A stretch of DNA of 60,039 nucleotides, from positions 50,200,880-50,260,918 of the forward strand of contig NC_068988.1 of NCBI RefSeq assembly GCF_001194135.2. The letters are read 5' to 3'. The first letter of the stretch is position 1. Every line of letters starts with the position of its first letter. The DNA is from Octopus bimaculoides (taxonomy: Eukaryota). A program made the translations under genes and the position numbers. Below, piece after piece: positions 1 through 12,634 of this stretch. Under the pieces are notes generated by a model, which did not search any database, was not told where the DNA came from, and worked only from the letters and a program-made list of their open reading frames with translations.

Positions 1-185
1 TGAAGATAGAAGTATAGAAGTGCAGTGATGGGTATGTTATCTAGGTGGTGATAGTGGAAGTGATGGGGAAGATAGTTTTCTCATCCCTTTTTGTTTGTTT
101 CTGTCTGTTTGTCTCCTCCTAATGTTTCTACTTTCTGCTGCAACCTAACCCCTAAAATAGGACACCGGGGGACAATGCAAACTCA

Positions 186-193
186 CCACCACA

Positions 194-244
<51 letters not shown>

Positions 245-420
245 ATGCACATACACACACACACACACATATACACATACATAGATACAAAAACACACAA
301 ACATACACACACATACACATATACACACACACATAAACTCACACGGGCATACATGTACATATATACACACTCGCACCGACCCATCCAACACACACACAAA
401 CAACACACACACACATCTAA
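186..420. repeat. (CA)n/(TACA)n microsatellite mosaic
   Basis: Direct reading. It generates the HTHT/VCVC ORFs at 91-466. Confidence 0.95.
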
Positions 421-848
421 TTTGTAGCACAGGGATAATACAGAAATTTCCTAGCAATCCTATCATACTTTACTCTGCTGATTTTTTTGTAGTTGCTGTT
501 GTTGTTGTTGTTGTTTAAATAACTCTATTAGAATGAGATGAGGGGTGGTGGGAGAAGGAAAGAAAACGAAAGGATGATGACACAGTTGAGGAAGAGACAA
601 GAAAGCACACAAGGTGAGGAGGTAGGATAGAAATTAATAGTGGTTGCCATAAATATGCATCAAATCTTTGTGACAAAGAGATGAGATTGCTGGATGTGTC
701 ATAGAGCACCTCCATCATTACGAAACATAATTAGTGCATGAGCTAGTAGAAAGCTACCAGAAGAATTTGAACCACTGACAATCATCTTCACCATCTCTTA
801 TTTATCATACAAGTTTCCGTCAGTTCTGTCTGGATATATGAAGTAAGT

Positions 849-1140
849 GGCGCAATGGCCCAGTGGTTAGGGCAGTGGACTCACAATCAGAGGATCGTGG
901 TTTCGAAAACCAGACCGGGCGAAAACACCTAAAGCTCCACAAGGCTCCAGCAGGGGGTGGTGGCGACCTCTGTTGTATTCTTTCGCCCCAACTTTCTCTC
1001 ACTCTTTCTTCCTGTTTCTTGAGTAATGCTGCGATGGACTGGCGTCCCGTCCAGCTGGTGGGAGAAACACATACGCCATAGAAAACGAGAATCTGAGCCT
1101 ATGAGCCTGCCTAGGCTTTAAAAGGGCACATAAATAAATA
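849..1140 (+). mobile_element. tRNA-derived SINE, head A + Meta-like tail (M)
   Basis: A/B-box-like head tggcccagtggttagg...ggtttcga, with the central block shared with 33199-33577. The tail gcgatggactggcgtcccgtccag resembles the Meta-SINE domain (from memory). Confidence 0.8.
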
Positions 1141-1339
1141 ATATGAAGTAAATAAAGATTTGTAGGGTTTGAACTCAGAGCTACAGTACCAAACCAAATT
1201 GTATGAAGTTTCTTCTATATATTTGTCTGCTAATTTTTTTAGCTGTAATAGACATAGACTCAATCTCGACTCTCCTACCCTTTAACTCAGTGATACAACC
1301 AGTTACATGACAAATAAAAGAAGAAAGAGCTGCAGCACA

Positions 1340-1492
1340 GCTCAGCTGCTACACAGTTTCAACTGAGTAAACTGGAACAAACTGAAATGAATGGACTTGC
1401 TCAAGGACACAACATGCGACCCACTATAGGAACTGAAACCACACATTTCTATGATTATGAACAGAACACCCTAACAACTAGGCTGTGAATCA
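1340..1492 (-). mobile_element. Degenerate head-B SINE fragment
   Basis: The reverse complement resembles the head B + tgtgtccttgagcaag block of 40430-40770. Confidence 0.55.
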
Positions 1493-1980
1493 CTGTATAA
1501 TTTATTTGTCTGCCTGCCTATTTTTCTATTTGTCTTCATGTCTAAGCTTTATGTTACAAGCCATACAGGGAGTGCTATAATTATCAGATAAACTTCCAAC
1601 AACCTAAACATAGCTGTACCTGGCTTTTAGAACCAGTTTGCCTTCTATCACTAATGCTCCAGAGAAAGGTATCAGAATCAAAACCTCCATAAGTTAAATC
1701 AATAGAGTCAATGATACGCTGATTGATACAAGAGACTGATTACAAATAATTAACAGGAAATAGTTATTCAGTTCATCAGAATGTGTGTGTGTGGCGTAAA
1801 TAGCTTATCTGTTTTACCTGCCTTTCATCAATTGTCAAATCTTTTATAATATTTCTAAGCTTATACAGGTGTGCTATCAGCAACTTCTAGACATTGTATC
1901 TAACAATATCACCCTTTCACATCATGATACAGGTATTCACACAGCTATGTTTACTCAGCTTTTGATTTAGATCTTCTTCA

Positions 1981-1984
1981 TACA

Positions 1985-2015
<31 letters not shown>

Positions 2016-2082
2016 GTATGTATGTACATACGTATGTATGTACATACGTATGTATGTATAAAGATCTCAATTAAAAGCTGTG

Positions 2083-2134
<52 letters not shown>

Positions 2135-2144
2135 TGTGTGTTTG

Positions 2145-2178
<34 letters not shown>

Positions 2179-2322
2179 TATATACTCACCTACATATACC
2201 TACATATAAGTACATGAATATGTATACAAACATACACACATATATGCACAAACTCACATACAATACACACGCACACACACAAACACACACAAACACACAC
2301 ACACATACACACACTCACACAT
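1981..2322. repeat. (TACA)n/(TATG)n/(TG)n/(TA)n/(CA)n compound microsatellite
   Basis: Direct reading. Confidence 0.95.
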
Positions 2323-2327
2323 AAAAT

Positions 2328-2580
2328 GGAGGCACACACTGTGGTGGCTTAGGTTTGTGACTCACAATCATTAGGTCATAGGTTCGATTCTTCAGTCAGG
2401 TAATGCATTTGTGTCCTTCAGCAAGATACTGCATTTCACAATGCTACAGTACTCTCAACTCAAATCTGTGCCAGAGTCAGCTGTACATTGAACCTACAAC
2501 TGGCTAGCATCCCATTCATTGATGAGTCTTATACTTAGTTGCTTGAGTGCCACCATGGAAACCAAGATAAGCATCTGCAA
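2328..2580 (+). mobile_element. Degenerate SINE, head B + Meta-like tail
   Basis: ggttcgattc B-box, tgtgtccttcagcaagatact block, then ctagcatcccattc...ggaaaccaagataagc. Confidence 0.65.
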
Positions 2581-2759
2581 AATAAGATAAATAGAGAAAG
2601 ACAGTTCCTCAAGGTGCAATACAGTGTGATTCTGCTTAAGACCATGCTGTAGGGATACCATATTTCGTTATGCAACCATAATATAGTACAAAGTATATTA
2701 AACATTTTATAAGTCAATGCTGTGTCCTACTGTGTTAGTAGTGCTATTTAATCGCTTGC

Positions 2760-2851
2760 TAAGATTATCTCTACAGATTCTTGAAGATGAAATGTCACAG
2801 TAAATCAGTGCTAGTTATAATTTCAATAGAAAATCTGTAAAGATAATCTTA
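2760..2851. repeat. Small inverted repeat / tiny MITE candidate
   Basis: taagattatctctacagatt versus aatctgtaaagataatctta: 20-bp arms with 1 mismatch. Confidence 0.6.
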
Positions 2852-4669
2852 ACAAGCTTAAGACCCTGTGGTGATATAGCACACTCTGTATCCACATACC
2901 TGTGGTTGTGTGTGTGTGTGTGTAAGCATGGAAATATGCTTGAATACTGACATCCTATAGATTTGTTTGAGTAAAATAATGAATGGTGTTTATATTCCTT
3001 TGTTGATATTATGAGTAGTGACTCTACACTTTCAAAGACCTGTGAAATATAAAAAAGAAATCTCTTATTTGAAAAACAGGTAAGGGTTGGCCACAGGAAG
3101 GGTATCTAGCCACAAAATTCTTACCTCAAATATGGCCCCTATCCAGAGCCATACTAATGCAGAACAAAGGTTGTTAGATGAATGAAAATATCATCATCAT
3201 GATCATCATCATCATCATCATCATCATTTATATAACCAACTGCATATGACCACATAACATTATGCTAATGAATCTAGAACACCGAATCTAGATGGCTATC
3301 TTAGTCAGTAAGTAATTGACATTGTGAAAGTGTAATGTATTCATACAAATGATTTCACCTTGCAGCAGATCTTGGCCACCAATTTTACACATTCATACAT
3401 ACAGACATACAGACATACAGACATACAGCAAGAGAGAGAAAGAAAGAGAGAGAGAAAGAAAGAGAGAGAGAAAGACACAGAGAGAGAAAGAAAGAAAGAG
3501 AGAGAGGCACACATACATCACACCCACATATACTATACCACGCATATGTACATTTCATATTTATTTATTAATTTTCTTTCTTTCTTCTACATTTCTCTTA
3601 AATCTATTTTATTCAACTTAAACCTGCCCCATGAATGTATCTTATTTTATAGCCCCGTGGGTGTATCCTATTTTCATTCAGTTTTATCATACACTAAGTT
3701 TTATTATAACATCTAACACATACATAAACATGCACACATATATGTGTGTGTATGTATGCATGTATGTATAAGATATATATAGATAGATAGATGATAATTC
3801 CAACCAATTCTATACTTTGTCTTCTTTCCAAGAAGAAAACTTAAATCATCTTTCAATGGTTGAAGCTTTCAAACCTCATCAGTTGAAACTCACTACATTC
3901 ATGTAGGATAATATTCTATACCACCATGATGTCTGTGTTGTGTTTTTATTGGATGCAGTTGATCTCTATGAGTTGTATGTTTTGTGTCCCATTGTTTATG
4001 TAAGTCTAATGCTATTGTATAAACACAGTTGTCAATCATTCCCTGTACATTGTTTATTCAGTATTGGATTTCTCAGTGGCATTGATATTGCTTCTGTCCT
4101 TTTTGTTTTCCTGATGCCTTTATTCTTCAGTGTTTCCTATACAGTTTTCAGCAAACAGCAACTAGTTATCTAATAGTTTGTGCATCTGCGCATACATTCA
4201 AATGCACACATAGTATTTTGATATGTTATGTTGGGGATTAAATCAAAACATACCACCATTAGTTTACATGTAAAAGACATAAGACTTTTAAGTTGAGTTA
4301 CGTGTATGATACAGTTGCAAAATTAGGTAAAGCTACTTTAAAATTAATCTGTAGCTTTACATAAACATTGTATGCTCTTGTTTCCCCGCCCCATATATTT
4401 TTCGCGCTTAATCTTCTTCTCTAAAAGAATATTCTAAGAATTTTATATAAAAGGTGTTTTATAAGAACTAAAATCTTTTATATGTGTGAATTTTTTTTTT
4501 TTAATATACGATTAAGTGGATAACAATGATTTGGATTTATTTCACACAAAAACACTTTGTAGAAAGCAGAAATATATATAAATTGTGTCTGGTATCTCGC
4601 AGATAATTATTTTTCTGAAACATGAAGAAGGATAATAAAAACTAAATTGGATTTGAACTCTGTACAATG

Positions 4670-4890
4670 CAGCTGTAAACTTTCATAACTGCAAAACCAT
4701 TTTTGAGATGTGGGTTTCAAGAGACATGGCTCATCATCAAGTCATCTGCACTACTAAAGCAACTCAAAGTAATTTTTTGTCAACTATGCCATTCAGAAGG
4801 TCTTGCTGGTTACATGCCACCCACAGATGGCAGTTTGTCCATGACTGCTCTATTAAATTCCTCATGACTACCATCACAGTATCAATTATT
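4670..4890 (-). mobile_element. RTE-like LINE reverse-transcriptase remnant
   Basis: The minus strand reads ...LL*ELL(Y)ADDLMM with a 4-nt insertion, resembling RTE PWELLYADDLVL. Confidence 0.45.
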
Positions 4891-4916
4891 TATTACATTG
4901 CCATATAGCTACACAC

Positions 4917-5138
4917 TTAAAGCATTTAAACTGGCCATACCCAGCCCAAATATTCTACCTGTTTTATGGTCAAGATGGCCAGATCTGGCATCACATGCTT
5001 GCTCTATTAAAAAAATATACAATTACATCATTGAATTCTTAAAAGTACAAGACAATGCCTGAGTAATTCTTAATAATGTGAATGAATAAGCATCACATTT
5101 GAGTGATCACATTTGAATAATCTGAATTAAAGGATTAA
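4917..5138. mobile_element. Degenerate TTAA-ended MITE (piggyBac-like candidate)
   Basis: Right end gaattaaaggattaa; left end ttaaagcatttaaactggcc. It resembles a common Octopus MITE as I recall it. Confidence 0.4.
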
Positions 5139-5769
5139 ACAGAAAGTGTAGATTCACTTAGTATATTACTGGTATGTTTTATTAACCCCCAACAGAATTT
5201 AAACTGAGACTATAAAGGGACATAACAAATAACTAAACCGCATTTTGCCCCTAGCACTCAACCAGTTCTTCTAGTTCATGACCCTTAATCATCATAATGA
5301 TTATAAAGATTTACAAAAGCCACAAATTGTATGCAAAGGAACAGTGATTAGAGCTGAGTATTCCAACTGGTTAGTTACCTTGCAATGCTAAGTTGAACTA
5401 ATCCTAAAGTTATCCTCAGTACAGAGCCTTTCGAAAGTTTTGACCCACCTTACTAATTTATCTGGATTCTGATTATAGGCAGTATGTGTTGGTTGGCATC
5501 TACAATAACTAATTCTAAATTCATCATACTTCGTACTAACATCCATTACCATGTTATTTTCCTCAAGTACCATTTAATAATTGTATAGAGGTTGTATGTG
5601 GTACTCTACTACGATATTCCTTCATTGGTGCCAACTGTACTGTGATAGACCTCTGCTTTAGTGCCAGTTGTAAGTTGATCACAAGACCCTTCTCTAGTCA
5701 GAACTGCAGCTTTTTCTCTCCTTTTATTTTCATTCTTTCTAGTACATCATTACCATTGTCTTCATTTTC

Positions 5770-5960
5770 ATCATCATCATCATCATCGTTTAATGTCAAT
5801 TTTCCATGTTGGCTTGGACTGGATGGCTTGACAGTCGCTGACAAGCCAAAGGATTGTGACAAGTTCCAATATTTACTTTGGCATGGTTTCGACAGCTGGA
5901 TGCCTAACACCAGCCATTCCACAGACTGTACTGGGTGCTTTTGATGTGCCACTGATACTT
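5770..5960 (-). mobile_element. RTE-type 3' UTR/tail repeat ending in (GAT)n
   Basis: The reverse complement ggcatccagctgtcgaaaccatgcc...catggaaaattgacattaaacgatgatgat matches the copies at 38161-38545 and 44430-44655. Confidence 0.75.
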
Positions 5961-6033
5961 AATACATCACCAGGTACAATCCATTGTTAAATCTTTTTTT
6001 TTTTAGTATTCTGAGGATATTGTTACCATTTGT

Positions 6034-6066
<33 letters not shown>

Positions 6067-6825
6067 TTGTCTGTCTGTCTATCAATTTGTCTATCTATCT
6101 ATCTATCTATTTAGCAATCTCTGTTTAGCTGTTGTAAGATGTTTCTTTTACCATACCAAAATATATAGACCTATACAGCAGCTTCACTTTGAACTAACTT
6201 CAGTTTCTTGTGTGTTTCTCAAGCAACAACTGCTCCTTGTATGTGTGCTCCCTTTTTTTTTCTTCTTTTTTTCCCTTGTTTCACCCCATCATAAAACAGG
6301 GTGTGACCCCTTTTACACCATTTACCTCCTCCCTACTTAAATGAACAGAAGAATTTTCTCTATGTTTTCACTGAAGATGCCAGTTTAAGATGGCATTTCT
6401 GTCATTCTAAATGCTTTGGAACCCTATACTATTTGAAGAAAATCTGTATATCTTTCCTATTTAGAATGATTAAACCTTCAAAACATGTTCTTGCATTTAG
6501 TTTCAAAGGCATTCAGTTTTCAGGATGTATTGGTGCTTCTTTTCGTTTATTGTTTTTTTTCTGGTTTGTCAAGAATCCACTAAATTTATGAGGGTATATG
6601 TATAGTATGACACAGTGTGTACATATGTATATACATATGTGTGAGTTGGTATATGTAATTGTTGATCTGTGTGTGCTTTGTACAGTGTATCTTGGTGTGT
6701 ATGTGGTGTATGTGTCTCTCTTGTATGTTGCACCATGGTAGCATCTATGTCTGAATATAAAGTCTTGTGCAAATGCTGCAATAACTAAATGTATGTATGT
6801 GTGTGTGTACATGTGCGTGTCTATG

Positions 6826-6859
<34 letters not shown>

Positions 6860-6960
6860 CAGGCAGACAAATAGACACAGACATGGACAAAGGTTTTTGC
6901 ATCTTCTTTCTGTAGTATTTTACCATAATTACAAACTGTTTATGCATGTGTGATTGTACA

Positions 6961-7020
<60 letters not shown>

Positions 7021-7291
7021 CGAGTAAAAATCACTGTCTGTTTTTTTATGTTTTATTTATATTCCTGCAAAACCAATGTGGGATATAGAATATGGAATAT
7101 ACAATATATAATATAAAATAAAAATGGATGGTACTATGAAATAAAGTATTGAATGTCTTATTGAATATATGGAATATGTCTTATTGAATAGATGAAATAC
7201 TGAGTGTTCAATATATATACATACACAAGCACACATAGTCACATACACACACACACACACACAGTGGAAATAGGTGAGACAACGCGAGAGA

Positions 7292-7332
<41 letters not shown>

Positions 7333-7766
7333 ACGTGTGTGTGTGTAGCATTAATGTAGCTGAATATGTAAATCTTTTAATATACAATATATATGCACGA
7401 CGTATATTATTTGTATAATAGTTGGTATGTGTGTCAGGTGTATACATTCATCATACGATAAGCAAAACAATAATTTCTCAACTGGCTGGTCTTGTTATAA
7501 CTGATAGGGTATCAACATCCCTGGTGTTGTTGTCATCAACACATTTATCATCATCATCATCATCATCATTATCATCATATTACACTAACATCTTAGAAAC
7601 TAGTCTACCTTGTTAACTTGTTAATTTGGTTACTTAATACGCCTGCCCTCACACACACACACACGCGCGCGCGCGTACCCATTTACCTTCACATAGATGA
7701 ATTATACATACATACATACAGACAGACATACAGACAGATAGACGTAGATGTATGTATGTATGTATG

Positions 7767-7815
<49 letters not shown>

Positions 7816-8279
7816 TGTTTGATCAGAAAATTTTACAACTAATTCCCAGCTTACTTCTTACACTGATGCCTTTAACCGTTTCAAAAATACGCATCCATTG
7901 AACAAGCCAATGCAAGGGCAGCTCGCTGTTTGCAAACAATCGACTGGACCAATTAATTGATAGATACGTAAGATCTTCTCAGAAACTTGGCTTAGATGTA
8001 ACTTAAAAAGCATCACAGATGACACAAACCAGAGACGATGTATATTTAGGATTTATTTATTACGGGGATTTCTTATGTCAGTATACGAACCAGGCTGTTG
8101 GAAAACAAAACCCGAGCATTGACTTCGAGTAGTAGATCGAGCTCATGTTTTAGAAAAGGCCATGAAAGATTCTCAGCTTATGGCTCTATTCTTTATGTTC
8201 AAAACAGCGTAATAATCTTCACTGAAGTGGGATCGGACCTCTAAAACGTTTTCTCTTCTTCTGCAGCAGTGCAACATCC

Positions 8280-8860
8280 GTTGATTTCTTCAAAAGTACT
8301 AATAAATTTACCCACTTATATGCTAACACACTTCCTAACTGAGACAACTTAGCTAAGAAAATATCGTCTGACAAAACATTTAGTGTGATCGACTTCCGTA
8401 GTGCGTACCACAATGTTACGTTGCATTCCAAGGATAAAATATTTACGAGGCAGACAGTCGATTGTATCGGGTTTAAACGCCTTAGTTCCAGACTTACAAA
8501 ACAGCGCTATGTGTCTCCAACGAATTACAGACTATTTTATTAATAACATGTTGGAAGGCACGTACATCTGTTTAGATGACGTCACCACTTGTGCTAATAC
8601 CAAAGAGGAAGATAACACAAATTCATTTACATTCTTCAAAGTTGCTTATAAATATTATATGACGCTGAAAATGATATAAGTAAATTTTCATCTAAATCTA
8701 TCTTGAGACTAGGTTATCAAATTAGACATAACGAATTGCGTCTTGACCTCTACATGAAAGATTGCTTGCACCTATAAATAAACAATCCTTATCTTATAAG
8801 GTGGCTTTGTTCACTTATTGTTCTTGATGAATTCCTAACTTCTCTGAAATGCGAGTAACT
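8280..8860 (+). mobile_element. Ty3/Gypsy pol (reverse transcriptase) relic, frameshifted
   Basis: Reads VDFFKSTNKFTHLYANTLPN*DNLAKKISSDKTFSVIDFRSAYHNVTLHSKDK, then after a frameshift LQRITDYFINNMLEGTYICLDDVTTC (YLDD box), then GYQIRHNELR and LFTYCS**IPNFSE. Confidence 0.85.
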
Positions 8861-8907
8861 GGCTGGACTTGAACACACATCTCGTCATTGACATCGTAGT
8901 GTAATGA

Positions 8908-9335
8908 CAAGGATCCGATTAACACTTGCAGAGTTCCTAAGCACTTAAAAGATTTTGGTGACCCCGTATAAAAGTAGTTCAAAATATAAACAATGATAAA
9001 CCATAAAATAATTTTTTATTTTTCAAAATGAAACAAAACTAACAATAAAACGGAAAATAAAGTTTATTTTTGTGTACTTCCACTTTACTTATATTTCAAA
9101 AGAATTTCCCTATTTCCCAATTTTTAATTGCAAAGTTTTTGAGCAGACCCTTACTTTGACACCGTGAACACTTCGAAATTACATTTCCGATCATACAAAT
9201 AACTTCGAACATTATCTTAGCAAGTTGAAAGTGATTTCTTTGGTACTGTAAGCCATTTACCATTTCTGTGGTGGTCCGCCTTCCCTTGATGCTCTAAGTA
9301 CGTGCTTATGTTGCTTAATGGTTAATCCAGCACTG
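8908..9335. mobile_element. hAT (Tip100-like) non-autonomous element candidate
   Basis: The right end reverse complement is cagtgctggattaaccattaagcaacataagcacgtacttagagcatc; the left end is a degenerate caaggatccgattaac. No TSD recovered. Confidence 0.4.
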
Positions 9336-9563
9336 ACTTCACAACATTACATTTCCTAAATATATTTCATCCTTTTGGAGATGTGCGTTCAAGTTTCATC
9401 AGAATCTTCTATTTTATTCATCTCATTAGTATTCCTTTATATCTGCTTATTTTACTGTCTTTGAACAACTGATGTTTTACTATTAATGCGTTATTGATAT
9501 TTCTTCAGCTGCTTAGAGATTAACTCTAATTTCTGAAATTGTAACGCCATGTTTGGCGTAAAG

Positions 9564-9723
9564 CACTAGTGTAGCTGGGGGGAGGGGCGGTCTGCCCCGG
9601 GCGACACTTTTAATGGGGCGGTACTTTTGAGTCTGCTGTAAGAAATATGAGGTTTTTTGTGGGGTCCAGGGGCGGCAAACGGAAAGGCCGCCTAGGGCGG
9701 CACACACTCTAGCTTTGCTAGCG
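9564..9723. mobile_element. hAT-type MITE (CAGTGGCGTAGCTA-like TIR family), 160 bp
   Basis: TIRs cactagtgtagct / agctttgctagcg, with a perfect 8-bp TSD GCGTAAAG at 9556-9563 and 9724-9731. Confidence 0.9.
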
Positions 9724-9900
9724 GCGTAAAGTAAATTATTTAGCAATTCTGTTGCTAGATTTTTGGACTCAGTGTAAAGTTTTATCAGGCATTAACCACG
9801 TGTCTCAACAGGGTTCATTTCAGGTGACTGCTGACTCGACCAACGAAATTATTTTACTACTTCTTTTCTTTTTTTGTTTTTCTCCCCTATTTTTTTATTT

Positions 9901-10250
9901 TTTACTTGTTTCAGTCATTAGACTGCGGCCATGCTGGAATACTGCCTTGAAGAATATTAGTCGAACGAATCGACCCTTGTACTTATTTACGTATTTTTAA
10001 GTTTGGTGCTTATTCTATCAATCTGTTTTGCTGAAGAACTAGGTCACGGGAATGTAAACACACCACTACCGGCTGTAAAGCGGTAGTGTGGGCGAAACAC
10101 ACTTACACACACATATACACGGCGGGTATCTTTCAGCTTCCACTTCCCGCTACCAAATCCGCTGACAAGTTTTTATTCTGCCAAGAGGTTAGAGTAGAAG
10201 ACGCTTCCCCAAAGTCCACACTGTGGGACTGACCCTGGAATCATGGTTCG
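9901..10250 (-). mobile_element. Family D SINE (CORE-like, internal CA repeat)
   Basis: tttcagtcattagactgcggccatgctgg tail and a degenerate ctaccaaatcc...gtagaagacgcttccccaaag head. Confidence 0.8.
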
Positions 10251-10511
10251 TCACCCATGAAAGGAATAATATATTAATGCTAACAGCACTTCAAGTTTAA
10301 TTCATTATTCCGAATACTTCCTCCAAACTGTAACAGATACACCACCAAATTTTAATTGGTTATGGCCTTTTTCTACCGAACTTTTGGTTGGGCAATCTCC
10401 AGACACAACTAAGTCTTCAGGCTGAAAATAGAGTATATATCTTAAGTCTTCAGAAAACATTATTAGATGCTACAAAGCCAGAAACTCGTTGCTCATCTCA
10501 TTAGTCACTTT

Positions 10512-11037
10512 TTATCTTTTATTTGTTTCAGTCGTTGAACTGTGGCCATGCTGATGCACTACTTTGAAAGGTTTAGCCCAGTGGTTCTCAGCCGGGGTCC
10601 CTATGACTCTTGACGATCCACATAAGATTTTGTTACTAAAATTTATGAGCAATGAATTTGTAATATTCTTAAAATGGATTTTAACTAAGTTTTTAAAATA
10701 CAATTTCTAATTATATTTATTCATGAAAATATAACGGGATATTTTTAACATCGAATGACTGTGAGGGTCCATCCGAGTAAAATACGAATCGGAAGGGTCC
10801 ATAGGTAAAAAAAAACAAATCGTTGAGAACCACTGTCTTAGTCGAACAAATCGACTCAGGACTTAATTTTGAAGTCTAGGACCTTTTTGCTTGAATCGCT
10901 AAGTTATAGGGACGTAAATAAGCCTTTTGTGTTGTCAAGCTGAGAACTCACGCACGCACACACACACATATACGATGGGTTTCGACACAGTTTCCGTCTA
11001 CCAAATTCGTCCACAAGGCATTGGTCGGTCTTGGTAG
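10512..11037 (-). mobile_element. Family D SINE interrupted by a hAT MITE
   Basis: The tail sequence stops at 10578 and resumes at 10836 (ttagtcgaacaaatcgac). Confidence 0.8.
10579..10835. mobile_element. hAT-Charlie-type MITE
   Basis: Perfect 12-bp TIRs cagtggttctca / tgagaaccactg. The 8-bp flanks gtttagcc / tcttagtc match 5/8. Internally similar to 46097-46447. Confidence 0.85.
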
Positions 11038-12634
11038 CGCTAATTTTGAGCGGGTTGATGGTTCATATCACTTCAGAAGCCTTTACAGAGTTGTTTTCAA
11101 CAGTTCTTTAAACAGAACGAAGACATCTTTCAAAAGGCTTAAGTCGAGTAGTTCTTGTTTCAATAATTATCTTTAGTGTTTTTATAAAGTTAGATTTTTG
11201 TTTTGTTGACGATAGAAAGGGGTATGTCTACATTCATAGCTCTTTATTAATAATAAAAAAAAAAACTCCCCTTGAGATTGAGCAACAATCCGTACTCTTT
11301 GGAAACCAGAAACTAACAGCTTTGGAATGTTTTGCTAAAGGATGGGTGTATCACAATCTAAACAAAGAGAAACGAATGTTAGTCATAATAATGCAAGGGA
11401 AAAAAATCGACATAGTTCATAAAAATATGGGTGGTTATTTATTGCTTTCATGCCTCTGTGTGTGTGTACATGCACACAAACATGCATTTATGTATTATAA
11501 TATTATATTATAGCGTGGCTAGAATGGGAAGAGTGGCGCTTTTGATGTATATTATGTTGAGTTTTTACGGGAGAAGACCAACTCGGACAACATATACTTT
11601 TGGTATGTCATTGCTTATATATATTTTTATAATTGACAAAAAATTACTCTCGGCCCTTAAATCACGTTTTTTTTCACAGAGGATGATAATGAAGCGTTTG
11701 ATAAATGAGAGGGCGTGAAACTCTCGGCCCTTGAGTCACTTACATAAATTACAACAGATTTTTTTTTTAATGGAGGGAAAAATATATGTATACTCATGTA
11801 TTGAGTTTTATATCTTCTGTCAAGGAGGGACTGGCCCGTCGCTAGACTTTGTTGCCCAGGGGTGCTTCAGAATATTCTAGATGGGCACTAATTTTATGAC
11901 AATGCTAAAGTTGAGTCACTAAAGTGGAGTAAATCCACTTTATACATATCGAAAGTTATCAAGAACCTGGTGTTAAAACTTAATATATAAATGCTTCAGA
12001 AAGAAGCGTTTGTCGAGTACAGAGCATAAGAAATTATATAAATGACAAAGGAACAAGAAACTGTGCAATGAACTTCATTAGTTTACTGCTTTTTCAACCA
12101 TAATGCATTCCATTATCTAGAAATATGAATATGTATATCCCGTTATGACTTCTTCGGATCTTGATATATATGTATTAATAAATGACAATTAGAACAGAAG
12201 TTTGTCATTCATTCATAGCCATTACGCATTATGCTCTGTACTGATCTGTTGGTTTACTGTAAAACATAAGTAGAGTTCAAACAAATGGTGATTAGTTTCG
12301 CTATGCCTAAGCGGAATCATAAAACAACACACGGTGGGCTTGGATATATCAAGCCAACATAAAAAGCAATATTTTTTTTTTTTTTAAATTTGAACTGTGT
12401 AGTAAGAATCGAACGCTAATGCTCGCTTTTGAAACAGGAGTGAATTTCTCACTAGACTAGAAAAGCTTTGGCATATATCTGCCTGCAACCCCACCACTCT
12501 CAACATTTTGTAATTGTATTGTATCTTCATCATGCATATTTAAAATACATTTGTTTATTTCAATTCTGCCTTTTGGTATTATAAAAACTTCAGATGTGAA
12601 TTACTTTATTTATTTATTTATTATATTCAGTTAC

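Noticed and set aside
91-466. His/Thr- and Val/Cys-rich ORFs, and the many similar ones across the window
   Set aside because: They are translations of (CA)n, (TG)n, (TA)n and (TATG)n microsatellites.
849-920. tRNA genes
   Set aside because: The A/B-box sequences are SINE heads continuing into SINE bodies and do not form a full cloverleaf.
3860-3895. CTGATGA...GAAA on the minus strand as a hammerhead
   Set aside because: Three extra bases separate stem II from GAAA, and there is no stem III/UH or stem I.
5379-5573. 61-aa ORF next to a good minus-strand donor (AAG|GTAACT)
   Set aside because: The frame is closed by stops on both sides before the donor, and no homology is recognised.
5698-5952. 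84-aa ORF with an acidic run
   Set aside because: It is the RTE-type tail repeat with its (GAT)n end.
6370-6410. CTGAAGA + TGCCA/TGGCA stem resembling a hammerhead
   Set aside because: GAAA is replaced by ATTT and there is no stem I.
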